DNA of 64,000 nt from Nitrospinales bacterium (lineage in GTDB: Bacteria > Nitrospinota > Nitrospinia > Nitrospinales > VA-1). The notes under the pieces are model-generated. The model was not told where the DNA came from. It saw nothing but the letters and a program-made list of their open reading frames with translations, and did no database searches. The translations under genes were made by a program, and so were the position numbers. Location: contig CBDCWG010000012.1 in NCBI GenBank assembly GCA_965223345.1, positions 2,848,001-2,912,000 of the forward strand, given 5' to 3'. This document shows, one piece after another, positions 37,492 to 47,414 of the stretch (position 1 is its first letter; each line of letters begins with the position of its first letter).

Positions 37492-38401
37492 ACACAGCGT
37501 CGCTCAGGGAATACTCGCCCTGTTTGAGGTCCCAGATCGCCGCCTGCTTTGCCATGATTTCGTTCAGCTCACCATCGGTCAGCGAGGCGGCGGTTTTGCC
37601 GTACAGGTTCTGCGCCGCGGGTTCGAGCGATTCGCCGAACAGTTTGCGGGCCGCCCGCGGAAAGGTTTCGGTCGGCAGCAGCCGCGTGCCCTGCCCGGCT
37701 TTCTCGATGGCGAAGTGGCCGCACATGTGAAACTTCGGCTCCGCAAAACCGGTTTTTTCGAGCAGGGTGCGGTGCGTGCCGATGGTGAAATGGTTGATGT
37801 GCTCCTTGATGAACCAGTCGTACTCCGGCTTGGCGTGCATCAGGTGATAGGTCACGTTGTCGAGGTTGGGCGTGGAGAAGATGACGTGTCCGCCGGGTTT
37901 CAAGAAGGTGCAGACGTGCTTCATGATGGAAACGGGATCGAAAGCGTGCTCCAGCACCGCGAGCAGCACCACCACATCGAAGGACTCGGGCGCAAACCCC
38001 GCGTCGTGCAGATAGGTCTGCTGGATCTCAAGGTCGAGCACCTGTTTGGCGAGCTCCACCGCTTTGGGTGAAGGATCGATGCCCACCGCGTCCCAGCCTT
38101 TTTTATTGGCCAGCGACACCAGCGCACCGACGCCGCAGCCCACATCGAGAAGCCGGCCCGGCGCGAGGTTGAGATACGCGAGGATGTCCATCACGATCTC
38201 GACGGCGGTGATGTTGACCTTTTCGTAAAACTCCTGCCCGTGGTAATAGGCTTCGATCCGGTCGCTCATCGGCCGCGGGCTGTAAAACTGGAAACCGCAT
38301 TCCCCGCAGCGCGACAGATGGTGCCCGCCGCTCGTGGTGAACACCGGGATTTTAGCGGCCGATCCGCACAACGCGCAATTCACCTCCACAAGTTCGGTCA
38401 T
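37463..38401 (-). CDS. Class I SAM-dependent methyltransferase with N-terminal Cys4 motif
   Basis: CALC...CGECG; LLDVGCGVG; FDVV...VLEH; LKPGG; EHINHF. Confidence 0.88.
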   Translation of the reverse strand: MTELVEVNCALCGSAAKIPVFTTSGGHHLSRCGECGFQFYSPRPMSDRIEAYYHGQEFYEKVNITAVEIVMDILAYLNLAPGRLLDVGCGVGALVSLANKKGWDAVGIDPSPKAVELAKQVLDLEIQQTYLHDAGFAPESFDVVVLLAVLEHAFDPVSIMKHVCTFLKPGGHVIFSTPNLDNVTYHLMHAKPEYDWFIKEHINHFTIGTHRTLLEKTGFAEPKFHMCGHFAIEKAGQGTRLLPTETFPRAARKLFGESLEPAAQNLYGKTAASLTDGELNEIMAKQAAIWDLKQGEYSLSDAVYVSAHKPHA

Positions 38402-38647
38402 GGCTGTCTCGTTCCTCTATAAGGAAGGTTGGAAAGGGAACCGGATTCCAATCGTCCCGCAAACACGTTGAAAAACCGCCGAAAAGTGAAACAGCAGCCC
38501 ACCCAGGCCGGTTTTTCGTAAACAAACCAACCATAATACATTATAATACAAAGAGTTAATCAATCCTCAAACTACCCGTTTCAGGCACAAACAGCAGCCT
38601 GCTGGAGATGTTTCCGGGCTCACTTTTCCATAAAACCGGGGGAGCAC

Positions 38648-39379
38648 ATGGATCTGGAAAAGGCATACAAAATAGATTTGTTGCAATGCGTCGATTTTCT
38701 GAGCAGTTTTTCGGTCGCCGCCATCGAAAAACTGATCCTCGACTGCCATGAAGTCGCCGTCAACCAGGGAGACACGGTCCTCACGGACGGCGAAATGGGC
38801 GAAACGCTGTACATCGTCCTGCAGGGAGAACTCACTGTGTACAAGGACGACATCGAAATCGCACAGCGGGGCCCCGGTGATTATTTCGGTGAAATGGCCT
38901 TGCTGGTGCCCGGCCCGCGTTCGGCCACTGTCAAAACCACAACCGACTCCCTGCTTCTGGAAATCGACAAAAAGCAGTTCAGGAATCATTTCGGAGAAAA
39001 CTCGCACGCCTTGCTGGCCATCATGCGGACGATCGCCGACCGGTCGCGGGAAGACCTGAAAGCCCTGAGCCAGGGATACCAAAGTCTGAAAAAAGAAAAA
39101 AACCGGGTGCGCGACGCCCGTCAGGTTCTCAACAATACCAGCAAAATCAGCGACGCGAAAACCGATTTCATCACCAGCATGAGCCAGGAAGTCATCACCC
39201 ACCTGAACTCCATCCTGACTCTCGTGCACGCGCTGGAAGAAAACACGGAAGGAAACCTCAGCGCTTACCAGAAAGACACGATCAAGCAGATCCTCAACGA
39301 AGGGGACGAGCTACTGCAACTGGTGCGCGAGGCGTTCGAATTCGCTTCGGTGGAGGAAGACGGCCCCGATAACAACTGA
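38648..39379 (+). CDS. cNMP-binding domain protein with degenerate HisKA helices
   Basis: LYIVLQGEL...GPGDYFGEMALL..PRSATV; C-terminal AKTDFITSMSQEVITHLNSI resembles the HisKA H-box with His replaced by Gln; no HATPase domain. Confidence 0.8.
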   Translation: MDLEKAYKIDLLQCVDFLSSFSVAAIEKLILDCHEVAVNQGDTVLTDGEMGETLYIVLQGELTVYKDDIEIAQRGPGDYFGEMALLVPGPRSATVKTTTDSLLLEIDKKQFRNHFGENSHALLAIMRTIADRSREDLKALSQGYQSLKKEKNRVRDARQVLNNTSKISDAKTDFITSMSQEVITHLNSILTLVHALEENTEGNLSAYQKDTIKQILNEGDELLQLVREAFEFASVEEDGPDNN

Positions 39380-39435
39380 ACGGCACTCCCCTCGCTGCAA
39401 CCGAAATCCCTTCCGCTTGCCTGCCTCCACCTCAC

Positions 39436-40365
39436 TCATTCTTTCAGCCGCACCTCGTTGAGGCTTTGCAAATTCTTCTCACGGCAATGTGTTTCCAATC
39501 CGTCGAGGACCTTCATCGTCACGGACGGGTCGATGAAGTTGGCGGTGCCGATCTGCACCGCAGCCGCTCCCACGGATAAAAACTCGAGCGCGTCTTCGGC
39601 GCTGGCGATGCCGCCGATGCCGATCACGGGAATCTTCACGGCGCGCACGGTCTGGTACACCAGGTTGAGCGCGATGGGCTTGATCGCCGGGCCGGAAAGC
39701 CCGCCGGTGCGGTTGGCCAGATACGGCGCGGCGTTTTGCAGATCCACCGCCATGCCCACCTGGGTGTTGATGAGCGACAGCACGTCCGCGCCCCCTTCCT
39801 CGGCGGCGCGGGCGATTTCCGTGATATCGGTGACGTTCGGCGACAGCTTGACGATCAGGCACTGGTCCGTCGCCTGCCGCACCGCCTTGAGAAGATCCCG
39901 CACCACTTCGGGATCGGAGCTGAACTGGGTGCCGCCCTTTTTGACGTTGGGGCAGGAGATGTTCATCTCCAGCGCGTCGATGCGCTCCACCCGGCTGAGC
40001 GCCGCGGCCAGTTCGCAGTATTCCTCGACGGTGTCGCCGAAAAAATTGACCAGAATGCGGGTCTTGTGGTTTTGCAGCTGCGGCAGTTTTTCTTTCAGGA
40101 AGCGCTCGAGCCCGATGTTTTCCAGCCCGATGGCGTTGAGCATGCCGGAGGGGGTTTCGACGATGCGCGGAACCGGGTTGCCGATCTTCGGCTTTAAGGA
40201 GAGCCCTTTGGTGGCGAACGCCCCGAGGCGGTCGAGATCCACAAAGGGGGCGTATTCGATGCCGTAGGCAAAGGTGCCGGAGGCGGCGATCACGGGATTC
40301 GCCAGTTTCAGTTTGCCGCCTGCAAGGTTGACGGAAAGATCCACGTTCGCATTGCCGCTGTTCAT
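39436..40365 (-). CDS. pyrD: Dihydroorotate dehydrogenase (family 1B catalytic subunit)
   Basis: NPVIAASGTF, MLNAIGLEN, EMNISCPNV, VKLSPNVTDI, GGLSGPAIKP, IGIGGI. Confidence 0.95.
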   Translation of the reverse strand: MNSGNANVDLSVNLAGGKLKLANPVIAASGTFAYGIEYAPFVDLDRLGAFATKGLSLKPKIGNPVPRIVETPSGMLNAIGLENIGLERFLKEKLPQLQNHKTRILVNFFGDTVEEYCELAAALSRVERIDALEMNISCPNVKKGGTQFSSDPEVVRDLLKAVRQATDQCLIVKLSPNVTDITEIARAAEEGGADVLSLINTQVGMAVDLQNAAPYLANRTGGLSGPAIKPIALNLVYQTVRAVKIPVIGIGGIASAEDALEFLSVGAAAVQIGTANFIDPSVTMKVLDGLETHCREKNLQSLNEVRLKE

Positions 40366-40483
40366 CGTTTCCGACTCCCGTCTCGATTCCGGTTGGCCAA
40401 TCCGCGCAACTTCCCGGCAACTTCTATCACATTAAGTCTTACTTTTACAACCAGATCGATTGCGTTCTCCCGTTCAATTCGTG

Positions 40484-40512
40484 TTGACTCTGTTTGCGAT
40501 CGCCGATATACT
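40484..40512 (+). promoter_or_regulatory. Sigma70-type promoter upstream of the SPOR gene
   Basis: TTGACT (40484-40489), 17 nt, TATACT (40507-40512). Confidence 0.6.
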
Positions 40513-40682
40513 TGAAATCGGTGGGTCCGTTAGATTTTGAATTCGTTGACGTTAAACGGCCGGCACCCAGCTTTCCCCGAACTCATCCGTTGTTTGACAA
40601 ACCATGAACGCCAGGCACTCAGCGGGCGGCTTGTTCATGGTAGTGATAATCCAGTTTAATTTCAACCAACTCCAAAAATTCC

Positions 40683-41759
40683 ATGGCTGACCACGACCAA
40701 GAACAGGAACAGGACGGCAGATACCACAAGCGGATCGACGAGTTGATCGACGACGCCGAGATCGAGGCGGAAATCGAAGCGGAGAAGAAAATCCGTTCCA
40801 AGAACACCAAGCTTCTGACCATTTCGCTGGTCGCCGTCGCGTTGATCTTTTTCATCTACACCCAGGTGAAAAACGGCATGGAGTCCAAGACGGACGAAGT
40901 GGCGGAAACGCCGCTCTCCGAGTTGGCCAAAAAGCAGCTCGATCCTGAGGGCGAAACGCCGAAACCGGCGATGGACGCTGCGGATAAAGCCGCAAGCGCC
41001 CCCGCAGACGCGGAAGAGGACTCGCTGGAAGCCAAGATCAAGGCCATGCAGGAAGAGTTGATGAAAAACCCGTCGATGGAAAACCCCGCCATCGCCGAAG
41101 CGTTGAAACCCGAAAACGACACGCCGCCGCCGGCGATGAAGAAGCCGGAGCCGAAAAAAATGGCCGCCGCGGAAGCGCCCAAGAAACCGGCGGCCGCCGA
41201 GGTGAGCAAAAAAAGCGCTCCCAAGCAAAGCCCCAAACCGGCGGTGCAGAGTCCCCCGAAAAAGCCGGCCCCCAAAGCCCAGCCTCCGAAAAGCCGGTCG
41301 CGGCCCGGCAAGAAATATTTCGTGCAGACCGGCGTGTTTTCTGTGAAGCAGAATGCGGAAAACCTGTTCAAGAGCCTTAAAAATAAAGGCTTCAAACCCT
41401 CCATCCAGGTGAAGAACATCGATGCCGTGCGCCACATCGTTTTCGTCGGCGGGTTCGCCGATAAAGCGGACAGCCGGGCGCAGATGGAGGAATTGAAAGC
41501 CCAGGGGTTCCAGCCGGAGCCGGCGAAAAACAGCAACAATTCGCACACCCTGATTCTGGGCAAATTCAAGACCAACGAGCAGGCCGACAATCTGCGTGAC
41601 GAACTCAGCCTCAAGGGCTACCTGTCCAGCTCCAAGAAGGGATCGATCCGCACGGAAATCTACGTGGTGCAGCTCGGAGCCTTCGACAACATCGATCAGG
41701 CCCGCCAAACCAAAAAAGACATCGAAAAAGCGGGCTTCAAAAGCAGTTTCATCCGCTGA
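40683..41759 (+). CDS. Bitopic SPOR-domain protein (FtsN/DedD-like architecture)
   Basis: Single TM, long Pro/Lys/Ala linker, YFVQTGVFS..NA and YVVQLGAF SPOR motifs. Confidence 0.85.
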   Translation: MADHDQEQEQDGRYHKRIDELIDDAEIEAEIEAEKKIRSKNTKLLTISLVAVALIFFIYTQVKNGMESKTDEVAETPLSELAKKQLDPEGETPKPAMDAADKAASAPADAEEDSLEAKIKAMQEELMKNPSMENPAIAEALKPENDTPPPAMKKPEPKKMAAAEAPKKPAAAEVSKKSAPKQSPKPAVQSPPKKPAPKAQPPKSRSRPGKKYFVQTGVFSVKQNAENLFKSLKNKGFKPSIQVKNIDAVRHIVFVGGFADKADSRAQMEELKAQGFQPEPAKNSNNSHTLILGKFKTNEQADNLRDELSLKGYLSSSKKGSIRTEIYVVQLGAFDNIDQARQTKKDIEKAGFKSSFIR

Positions 41760-41916
41760 CCTGTAAGGAACCCCCCTCTTCCCCCGACCTCCTGGCAGGA
41801 CCCGCCCCACAAGGGGCCTGTGCCCGATTCCGGGATGAAAGGCGCATTGCATCGCGGTTTTTTTGTGGTACTTTAAAAAACTGCAACCATCTCATTTTTC
41901 CAGACAGGAGCCACCG

Positions 41917-42264
41917 ATGAAATTTCCAATCGCAACGATTTCCGCCATTCTGTTTTCCGTTCTGCTGATGTCCCCCGCTTTCGCCCACGAAGGAGCCAAA
42001 GACGCCGATTCCGGCCACGGCATGGGTAAAATGGAAGAAGGCAGCGGCGCCAAAGATCCCCACAAAAGCGGTGCCCACGCAGGTGAAGCTCACGGCGCAG
42101 CCATGAAAGGGGAAGGTTCCGGCATGAAGGAAGACTACGACGAATCGAAACACGGCATGAAAAAAGAGCACATGGGCATGGAAGAAGGCAGCGGCAGCAA
42201 GATGGACAAACCGACAAAAGCGTCTTCCGGAAAAATGAGTGAAGGCAGCGGCATGAAAAACTGA
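41917..42264 (+). CDS. Secreted His/Met/Gly-rich low-complexity protein
   Basis: RBS AGGAG; signal peptide ending PAFA; four EGSG repeats. Confidence 0.8.
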   Translation: MKFPIATISAILFSVLLMSPAFAHEGAKDADSGHGMGKMEEGSGAKDPHKSGAHAGEAHGAAMKGEGSGMKEDYDESKHGMKKEHMGMEEGSGSKMDKPTKASSGKMSEGSGMKN

Positions 42265-42313
42265 TCCGGCTTTCAGCTTTTCCCCTTTCTTCTCCGCTTG
42301 GTGTATAATTTCA

Positions 42314-42339
42314 GGCGCTCCGTCGGGAGCGCCTTTTTT
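42314..42339 (+). terminator. Intrinsic terminator
   Basis: GGCGCTCC-GTCG-GGAGCGCC followed by T6. Confidence 0.75.
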
Positions 42340-42435
42340 CTTTCCTCAAACGAAGGCCGTGCACCCGTTCTGACTTTTTTCGTTCTATGCCGGTGAATCT
42401 CAAACCCACTCACAGCAGAATGCCCGGATTGCCCG

Positions 42436-43380
42436 ATGCTGCTTGATTTTCTCCTGGTGGCCGTCGGCTTGACCATGCTCTATTACGGCGGCGATTATCT
42501 CGTCACCGGCAGCATCCGTGTCTCGCAATGCCTGAAGATCAGCCCGTTCATCATCGGCGCGACGGTGGTCGGTTTCGGCACCTCATCGCCGGAGCTGGCG
42601 GTCTCCGTGTTCGCGAGCTTCAAGGGCGCGCCCGAGCTGGCGATGGGCAATGTGATCGGCAGCAACATCGCCAACGTCGGGCTGGTACTGGGTCTGACGG
42701 CCTTTCTCATCCCCCTCACGATCGGCCCCGCGCGGCTGAAGTCCGAAGCGCCGGCGTTTCTGATCGCCACGTTTTTGATCCTGGCGTTCGCCTGGGACCA
42801 TCACCTGAACCGGCTCGAAGGCGCCGTCCTGGTGATCCTGCTCATCGCCTACGTACTCATCTCGCTGCGAAAAAAAGATGAGATCCCGCAGGAGATCGGG
42901 GAGACGCAGGAAGGGCTGTTCGCCGGCCGCGGCCTTTCATGGCAGTTCCTGCTGATCGTCGGGGGGCTGGTGCTACTGGTGCTGGGGGCGGATTTTCTGG
43001 TGGACGGTGCGGTCGGCATCGCCAAGGCCCTGGGCATCAGCGAATGGTTCATCGGCGTTTCCATCGTCGCGGTGGGGACGAGCCTGCCGGAAATCGTCTC
43101 CTCCATCATCGCGGCGAAACGCGGTCACGGGGAGATGTCGATCGGCAACGTGTTCGGCAGCAACATCTTCAACATCCTCATGGTCCTCGGCGTCACCGCC
43201 TCGATGCAGCCTTTGCATCTCAACGAACCCATCCATGCGGACCTGCTGATCACCACCGGTCTTTCCTGCCTGCTGCTGCTTTTGATCCGCATCGAGCACG
43301 ACCTGTCTTCGCGCGACGGATTCATCCTGCTGGCCTGCTACTTCAGCTATATCGGGGTGAAGGCCGGGGGGTGGCTCTGA
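42436..43380 (+). CDS. YrbG-type calcium/sodium antiporter
   Basis: Two alpha repeats GTSSPEL...GNVIGSNIAN and GTSLPEI...GNVFGSNIFN. Confidence 0.92.
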   Translation: MLLDFLLVAVGLTMLYYGGDYLVTGSIRVSQCLKISPFIIGATVVGFGTSSPELAVSVFASFKGAPELAMGNVIGSNIANVGLVLGLTAFLIPLTIGPARLKSEAPAFLIATFLILAFAWDHHLNRLEGAVLVILLIAYVLISLRKKDEIPQEIGETQEGLFAGRGLSWQFLLIVGGLVLLVLGADFLVDGAVGIAKALGISEWFIGVSIVAVGTSLPEIVSSIIAAKRGHGEMSIGNVFGSNIFNILMVLGVTASMQPLHLNEPIHADLLITTGLSCLLLLLIRIEHDLSSRDGFILLACYFSYIGVKAGGWL

Positions 43381-43427
43381 TTACGGGAAGGGATTCGATG
43401 CGACGCCAGGCGGAATGAGAGCGGGTT

Positions 43428-45503
43428 TCAACCCGGTTCGGTGGTCGCCGCTTCCGGTTGCGGTTCGGCTTCTTCCGGCGCTTCGGTGCTTTCCGCCTCA
43501 CTGCTGCTTTCCGGTTTGGGAACGGGTTTGCTGCCGGCGGCGGGTTTCACATTCTTGAAGCGCCAAAGCTGCTGCTTGTAATACGGCTCGTCGGGAACCA
43601 GCTTGATAGCCAGCTGGATCTGCTCCACCGCCTTGTCGGTGTTGCCCTTGGCGTAGTGCACCTCCGAAAGCGTGTCGATGTACTCGGGCTTGTTGGGGAA
43701 GGCTTTCAGCGTCGCCTCGGTCAGCTTGAGGCCTTTGTCGAGATTGATTTTTTTCTTGGCGTACAGCCAGGCCATGCGGTTCATGATCTCGTAGTTTTCG
43801 GGCGCGAGCTTGAGCGCTTTCTCGCAATGGCCGACAGCCACCGAAAAATAGCGTTTCTTGCTGTAGGCGTTGCACACCGCGAACACCACGTCCGCGTTGT
43901 CGGGGGCGATGCCCGCGGCTTTGAGAAAGATATTGAGGCCCTGGTTCAGCTTCTTGTTTTCGACCAGAGCGTTTCCGTATGCCATGAGGTAGGGCACATT
44001 CTTTTTCTCGAGCCGTGTGGCTTCGTGGAAAGCGTCCAGCGCCCCGTCCAGGTCCCCTTCCTTTTTCAGGACCCTGCCGAGGTAGTAATGCGCGTCGGCG
44101 CGCTTTTTGTCGAGGGCGACCGCTTTTTCGAGGGCCGGTTTGGCGCCTTTGAACTTCTTCATATCGACGAGACGCCGGCCGTACTCATACCAGTTGTCCG
44201 CATCCTCGGGATTGAGCTTCGCCGCCTTTTCAAAGGCAACGAGTGCTTCCTCTTCCTTGTTCAGCTTGGCGTACAGCGTCGCCAGCCGCCCCTGAACCTC
44301 GGGGTTTCTCGGCTCCAGGACCTGCGCGGCCTCGTAGTATTTGAGCGACTTGTCGAACGCTTCCTTTTCGAAATGCCAGTCGGCGATGCGGATCTGCGCC
44401 ATCGAATTTTCGGGAAACTGCTGCGCGGTTTTTTCGAATTCCCGCACCGCTTCTTTCTCCTGCCCGGTTTCCAGCAGGAGCTCGCCTAAAATGAGATGCA
44501 GACCGGCGTCTTCCTTTTTGATGCGGATGGCCTTGCGCAGCTGTTCGATGGCTTCGGTGTTTTTCTTCTGCTCGGCGTAGATTTCCCCCAAAGAGGCGTA
44601 GGCGTCGAAAAAGTTCGATTCCAGCTGCGAGGATTTCTTGATGTTCTCGATCGCCTTGTCGATCTCGCCCCGTTCCTTGTGCAAAAGACCGATGCCGTAG
44701 TAGGCGTTGTGGTTGGTCGGGTCGATTTCCAGCGCCGATTTGTAGGATTCGGCGGCTTGCTCGAACTGCCCTTTGGCCATGAGCGTCCGGCCGAGCTTGA
44801 CGTGGGTCCCGCTGTCGCCGGGGTTCAATTCGATGGAGCGCTGAAACTGATTGAGGGCGTCGTTGTAGCGTTTGCGGGTCAGGTACACATCGCCCAGGCC
44901 GGCGTAGGCGCGCGGGTCCATGCGCGAAACGTTGAGCGCTTTTTTGAACGTGTCTTCCGCTGCGGAGACGTCGCTTTCGGCGATCAGCTTGAACCCCTCG
45001 CTGATGAGGATGTCGGCTTCGCTGCGCGGCGTCCGGTTCTGATACACGAGCGCGCCGGCGACCGCCAGGCCCGCCACGACGGCGACGGCCTTGAGCTTCC
45101 ATTTGCGCGGCTGCACGGTGGTGTTTTCGGTCTCGACCTCGATCTCTTCGACGACTTCCGGCAGCGTTTCCTCGGGAATGTATTTTTTCGGCGGCTCGAC
45201 CAGTTTCGACTGGCCCTCGAACACCGATCCTTCGTCGATCACCAGCTGATGCGAGGCGATGTCGCCTTTCAGGCGGCTGCCGTTCATCAGGGTCACTTTG
45301 TTCTCGGCGTGGATGTTCCCCTTCACCGTGCCCATATTGGTCATGTTGTAGGAATCGATGTTGCCTTCGAACAGGCCGGTCTTCCCCACGATGAAATGGT
45401 CCGAAGCCAGCACCTCGCCCTCGAATTCCCCACCGAAATGAACGGTCCCCTTGACCCTGAGGGATCCCTTCAATTTCACGCCTTTTTCAAAATATGAGTC
45501 CAT
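43428..45503 (-). CDS. Bactofilin domain + TM + multi-TPR fusion protein
   Basis: N-terminal GVKLKGSL...GEFEGEV...LKGDIASHQLVIDEGSVFEG; hydrophobic AVAVVAGLAVAGALV; many TPR repeats. Confidence 0.85.
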   Translation of the reverse strand: MDSYFEKGVKLKGSLRVKGTVHFGGEFEGEVLASDHFIVGKTGLFEGNIDSYNMTNMGTVKGNIHAENKVTLMNGSRLKGDIASHQLVIDEGSVFEGQSKLVEPPKKYIPEETLPEVVEEIEVETENTTVQPRKWKLKAVAVVAGLAVAGALVYQNRTPRSEADILISEGFKLIAESDVSAAEDTFKKALNVSRMDPRAYAGLGDVYLTRKRYNDALNQFQRSIELNPGDSGTHVKLGRTLMAKGQFEQAAESYKSALEIDPTNHNAYYGIGLLHKERGEIDKAIENIKKSSQLESNFFDAYASLGEIYAEQKKNTEAIEQLRKAIRIKKEDAGLHLILGELLLETGQEKEAVREFEKTAQQFPENSMAQIRIADWHFEKEAFDKSLKYYEAAQVLEPRNPEVQGRLATLYAKLNKEEEALVAFEKAAKLNPEDADNWYEYGRRLVDMKKFKGAKPALEKAVALDKKRADAHYYLGRVLKKEGDLDGALDAFHEATRLEKKNVPYLMAYGNALVENKKLNQGLNIFLKAAGIAPDNADVVFAVCNAYSKKRYFSVAVGHCEKALKLAPENYEIMNRMAWLYAKKKINLDKGLKLTEATLKAFPNKPEYIDTLSEVHYAKGNTDKAVEQIQLAIKLVPDEPYYKQQLWRFKNVKPAAGSKPVPKPESSSEAESTEAPEEAEPQPEAATTEPG

Positions 45504-45805
45504 AAGGGGTTGCAACCCACTTTCGCACTGGTTAAAAAGCTATTGTTTTTTTTGGAGTTATTCTGTCAGGATAGCACACTCTCGGGTAAGTTACAATATC
45601 CGGATTACACGGAACGGGTTGCGTTTACGGGCGGAACCGGCGCCGGAGCCGCATTAGATTTACATCTGAATTTACCGGATGAATCCCGGCGGAGCCGGTT
45701 GATAATTGAAAAAATAATTGTTATTTTAGCCCCTTCGTTTTTCAGCAGGGGCTATTTTACCAATTCCAACCCAGATCGCAATTTCGAATTGCCGAAAGTT
45801 TCCAC

Positions 45806-46525
45806 GTGCGCAACGACAACCGGGCCAATGATGAACTGAGGGCCGTCAAAATCACAAAAAACTTCATCGATTACCCCGCCGGCTGCGTCCTGGTCCAGAT
45901 GGGCCGCACCCGTGTGGTCTGCGCCGCCAGTGTGGAGGAGAAAGTGCCTCCCTTCCTGCGCGACAAGAACTCCGGCTGGGTCACGGCGGAATACTCCATG
46001 ATTCCCAGCGCGACCCACACCCGCGGAACCCGCGAAGCGTCGAAGGGCAAACTCTCCGGCCGCACCCAGGAAATCCAGCGCCTGATCGGCCGTTCGCTGC
46101 GCACCGTGGTGGATCTGGAGCAGCTCGGCGAACGCACGATCTGGATCGACTGCGACGTGATCCAGGCGGACGGAGGCACCCGCTGCGCCTCGATCACCGG
46201 CTCTTTCATCGCCCTGGCGCTGGCGCTCAAGAAGCTGAAAAAGGACAAGGTCATCGACTCGGTGCCGATCCTCGATTTCGTCGCGGCGGTCAGCGTGGGC
46301 ATTGCCGGCGGCAACAACGTCCTGGATCTGGATTACAGCGAGGACTCCACGGCCAGCGTGGATCTCAACATAGTGAAAACCGGCTCCGGCGGTTTCGTCG
46401 AGATCCAGGGCACCGCCGAGAAGGAACCTTTCGACGACAAGCAAATGGCCGCCCTCCTTTCTCTGGCGGACAAAGGCATCAAAGAGTTGATAGAAATCCA
46501 GAAAAAAATAATCGGAAAATACTGA
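45806..46525 (+). CDS. rph: Ribonuclease PH
   Basis: [58 protein letters not shown]. Confidence 0.97.
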   Translation: MRNDNRANDELRAVKITKNFIDYPAGCVLVQMGRTRVVCAASVEEKVPPFLRDKNSGWVTAEYSMIPSATHTRGTREASKGKLSGRTQEIQRLIGRSLRTVVDLEQLGERTIWIDCDVIQADGGTRCASITGSFIALALALKKLKKDKVIDSVPILDFVAAVSVGIAGGNNVLDLDYSEDSTASVDLNIVKTGSGGFVEIQGTAEKEPFDDKQMAALLSLADKGIKELIEIQKKIIGKY

Positions 46526-46593
46526 ACCGCTCTCTCAAACCGAGAGGTGAGTTAAGGGAAACCTCCGATTCTAAAGCCGGGCTGCGTGCTGCC

Positions 46594-47247
46594 TCAACGC
46601 CGCCTGCCGACGCCGGTTTTCGGGCAGTCTTTCTCCACCGGGCACTGGCTGCACAGGGGCGAGAGGGGTTTGCAGACGTTCTGCCCGAAGGCGACCAGAA
46701 GATCGTTGTACTCCATCCAGTAGCGTTTGGGCAGGATTTCCCGCAACGCCGTCTCGGTGGCGTCGGCGGACGCGGTGCGGACGTAGCCCCAGCGGTTGGA
46801 GATGCGGTGGACATGGGTGTCCACGCAGATGCCCGGCTTGCCGTGCCCCAGGATCAGGGTCAGATTCGCAGTCTTGCGCCCCACGCCCTTGAGCGCGATC
46901 AGCCCTTCCAGCGTGTCGGGCACGCGGCCGCCGTGCTGCTCGATCAGGGTGCGGCTCAACGCTTTCAGGGTTTTGGCCTTGTTGCGGTAAAAGGCGGCGG
47001 GATAGATCGCCTTCTCGATCGTCTCGACCGGCAGAGCGCTCAGCGCTTCGGGATCGGCGGCCTGCGCGAACAGCCGCTGCGAAGCCTGCCCGGTGACCTC
47101 GTCGCGAGTGCGCAGGCTCAGCACGCAACTGATGAGTACGCGGAACGGATCCTGCCCGCGGCCGATCACCGTCACCACCGGGGTCTTCCAGGAAGCGGCG
47201 GCTATTTTGATTTTGCGGATCACACGCGCAAGCGTTCGGTTGTCCAC
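46594..47247 (-). CDS. nth: Endonuclease III
   Basis: HhH LKGVGRKTAN, VDTHVHRISNR, Fe-S motif CKPLSPLCSQCPVEKDC. Confidence 0.93.
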   Translation of the reverse strand: MDNRTLARVIRKIKIAAASWKTPVVTVIGRGQDPFRVLISCVLSLRTRDEVTGQASQRLFAQAADPEALSALPVETIEKAIYPAAFYRNKAKTLKALSRTLIEQHGGRVPDTLEGLIALKGVGRKTANLTLILGHGKPGICVDTHVHRISNRWGYVRTASADATETALREILPKRYWMEYNDLLVAFGQNVCKPLSPLCSQCPVEKDCPKTGVGRRR

Positions 47248-47414
47248 GGGAGGGCGCCTCTGCGGTGCGGGTTGACCGGCTTCCCATACGTTTGTGAGAC
47301 AAAAAAGGGCGGCAAACCCTATGGCATTGGGGAAGGGTTTCTGCTAGTATAAATCCTTCATTTGGCTAAACTTATTGCTCCAGCGGCAATTTTTCCCCGC
47401 TCAAACACAATACC

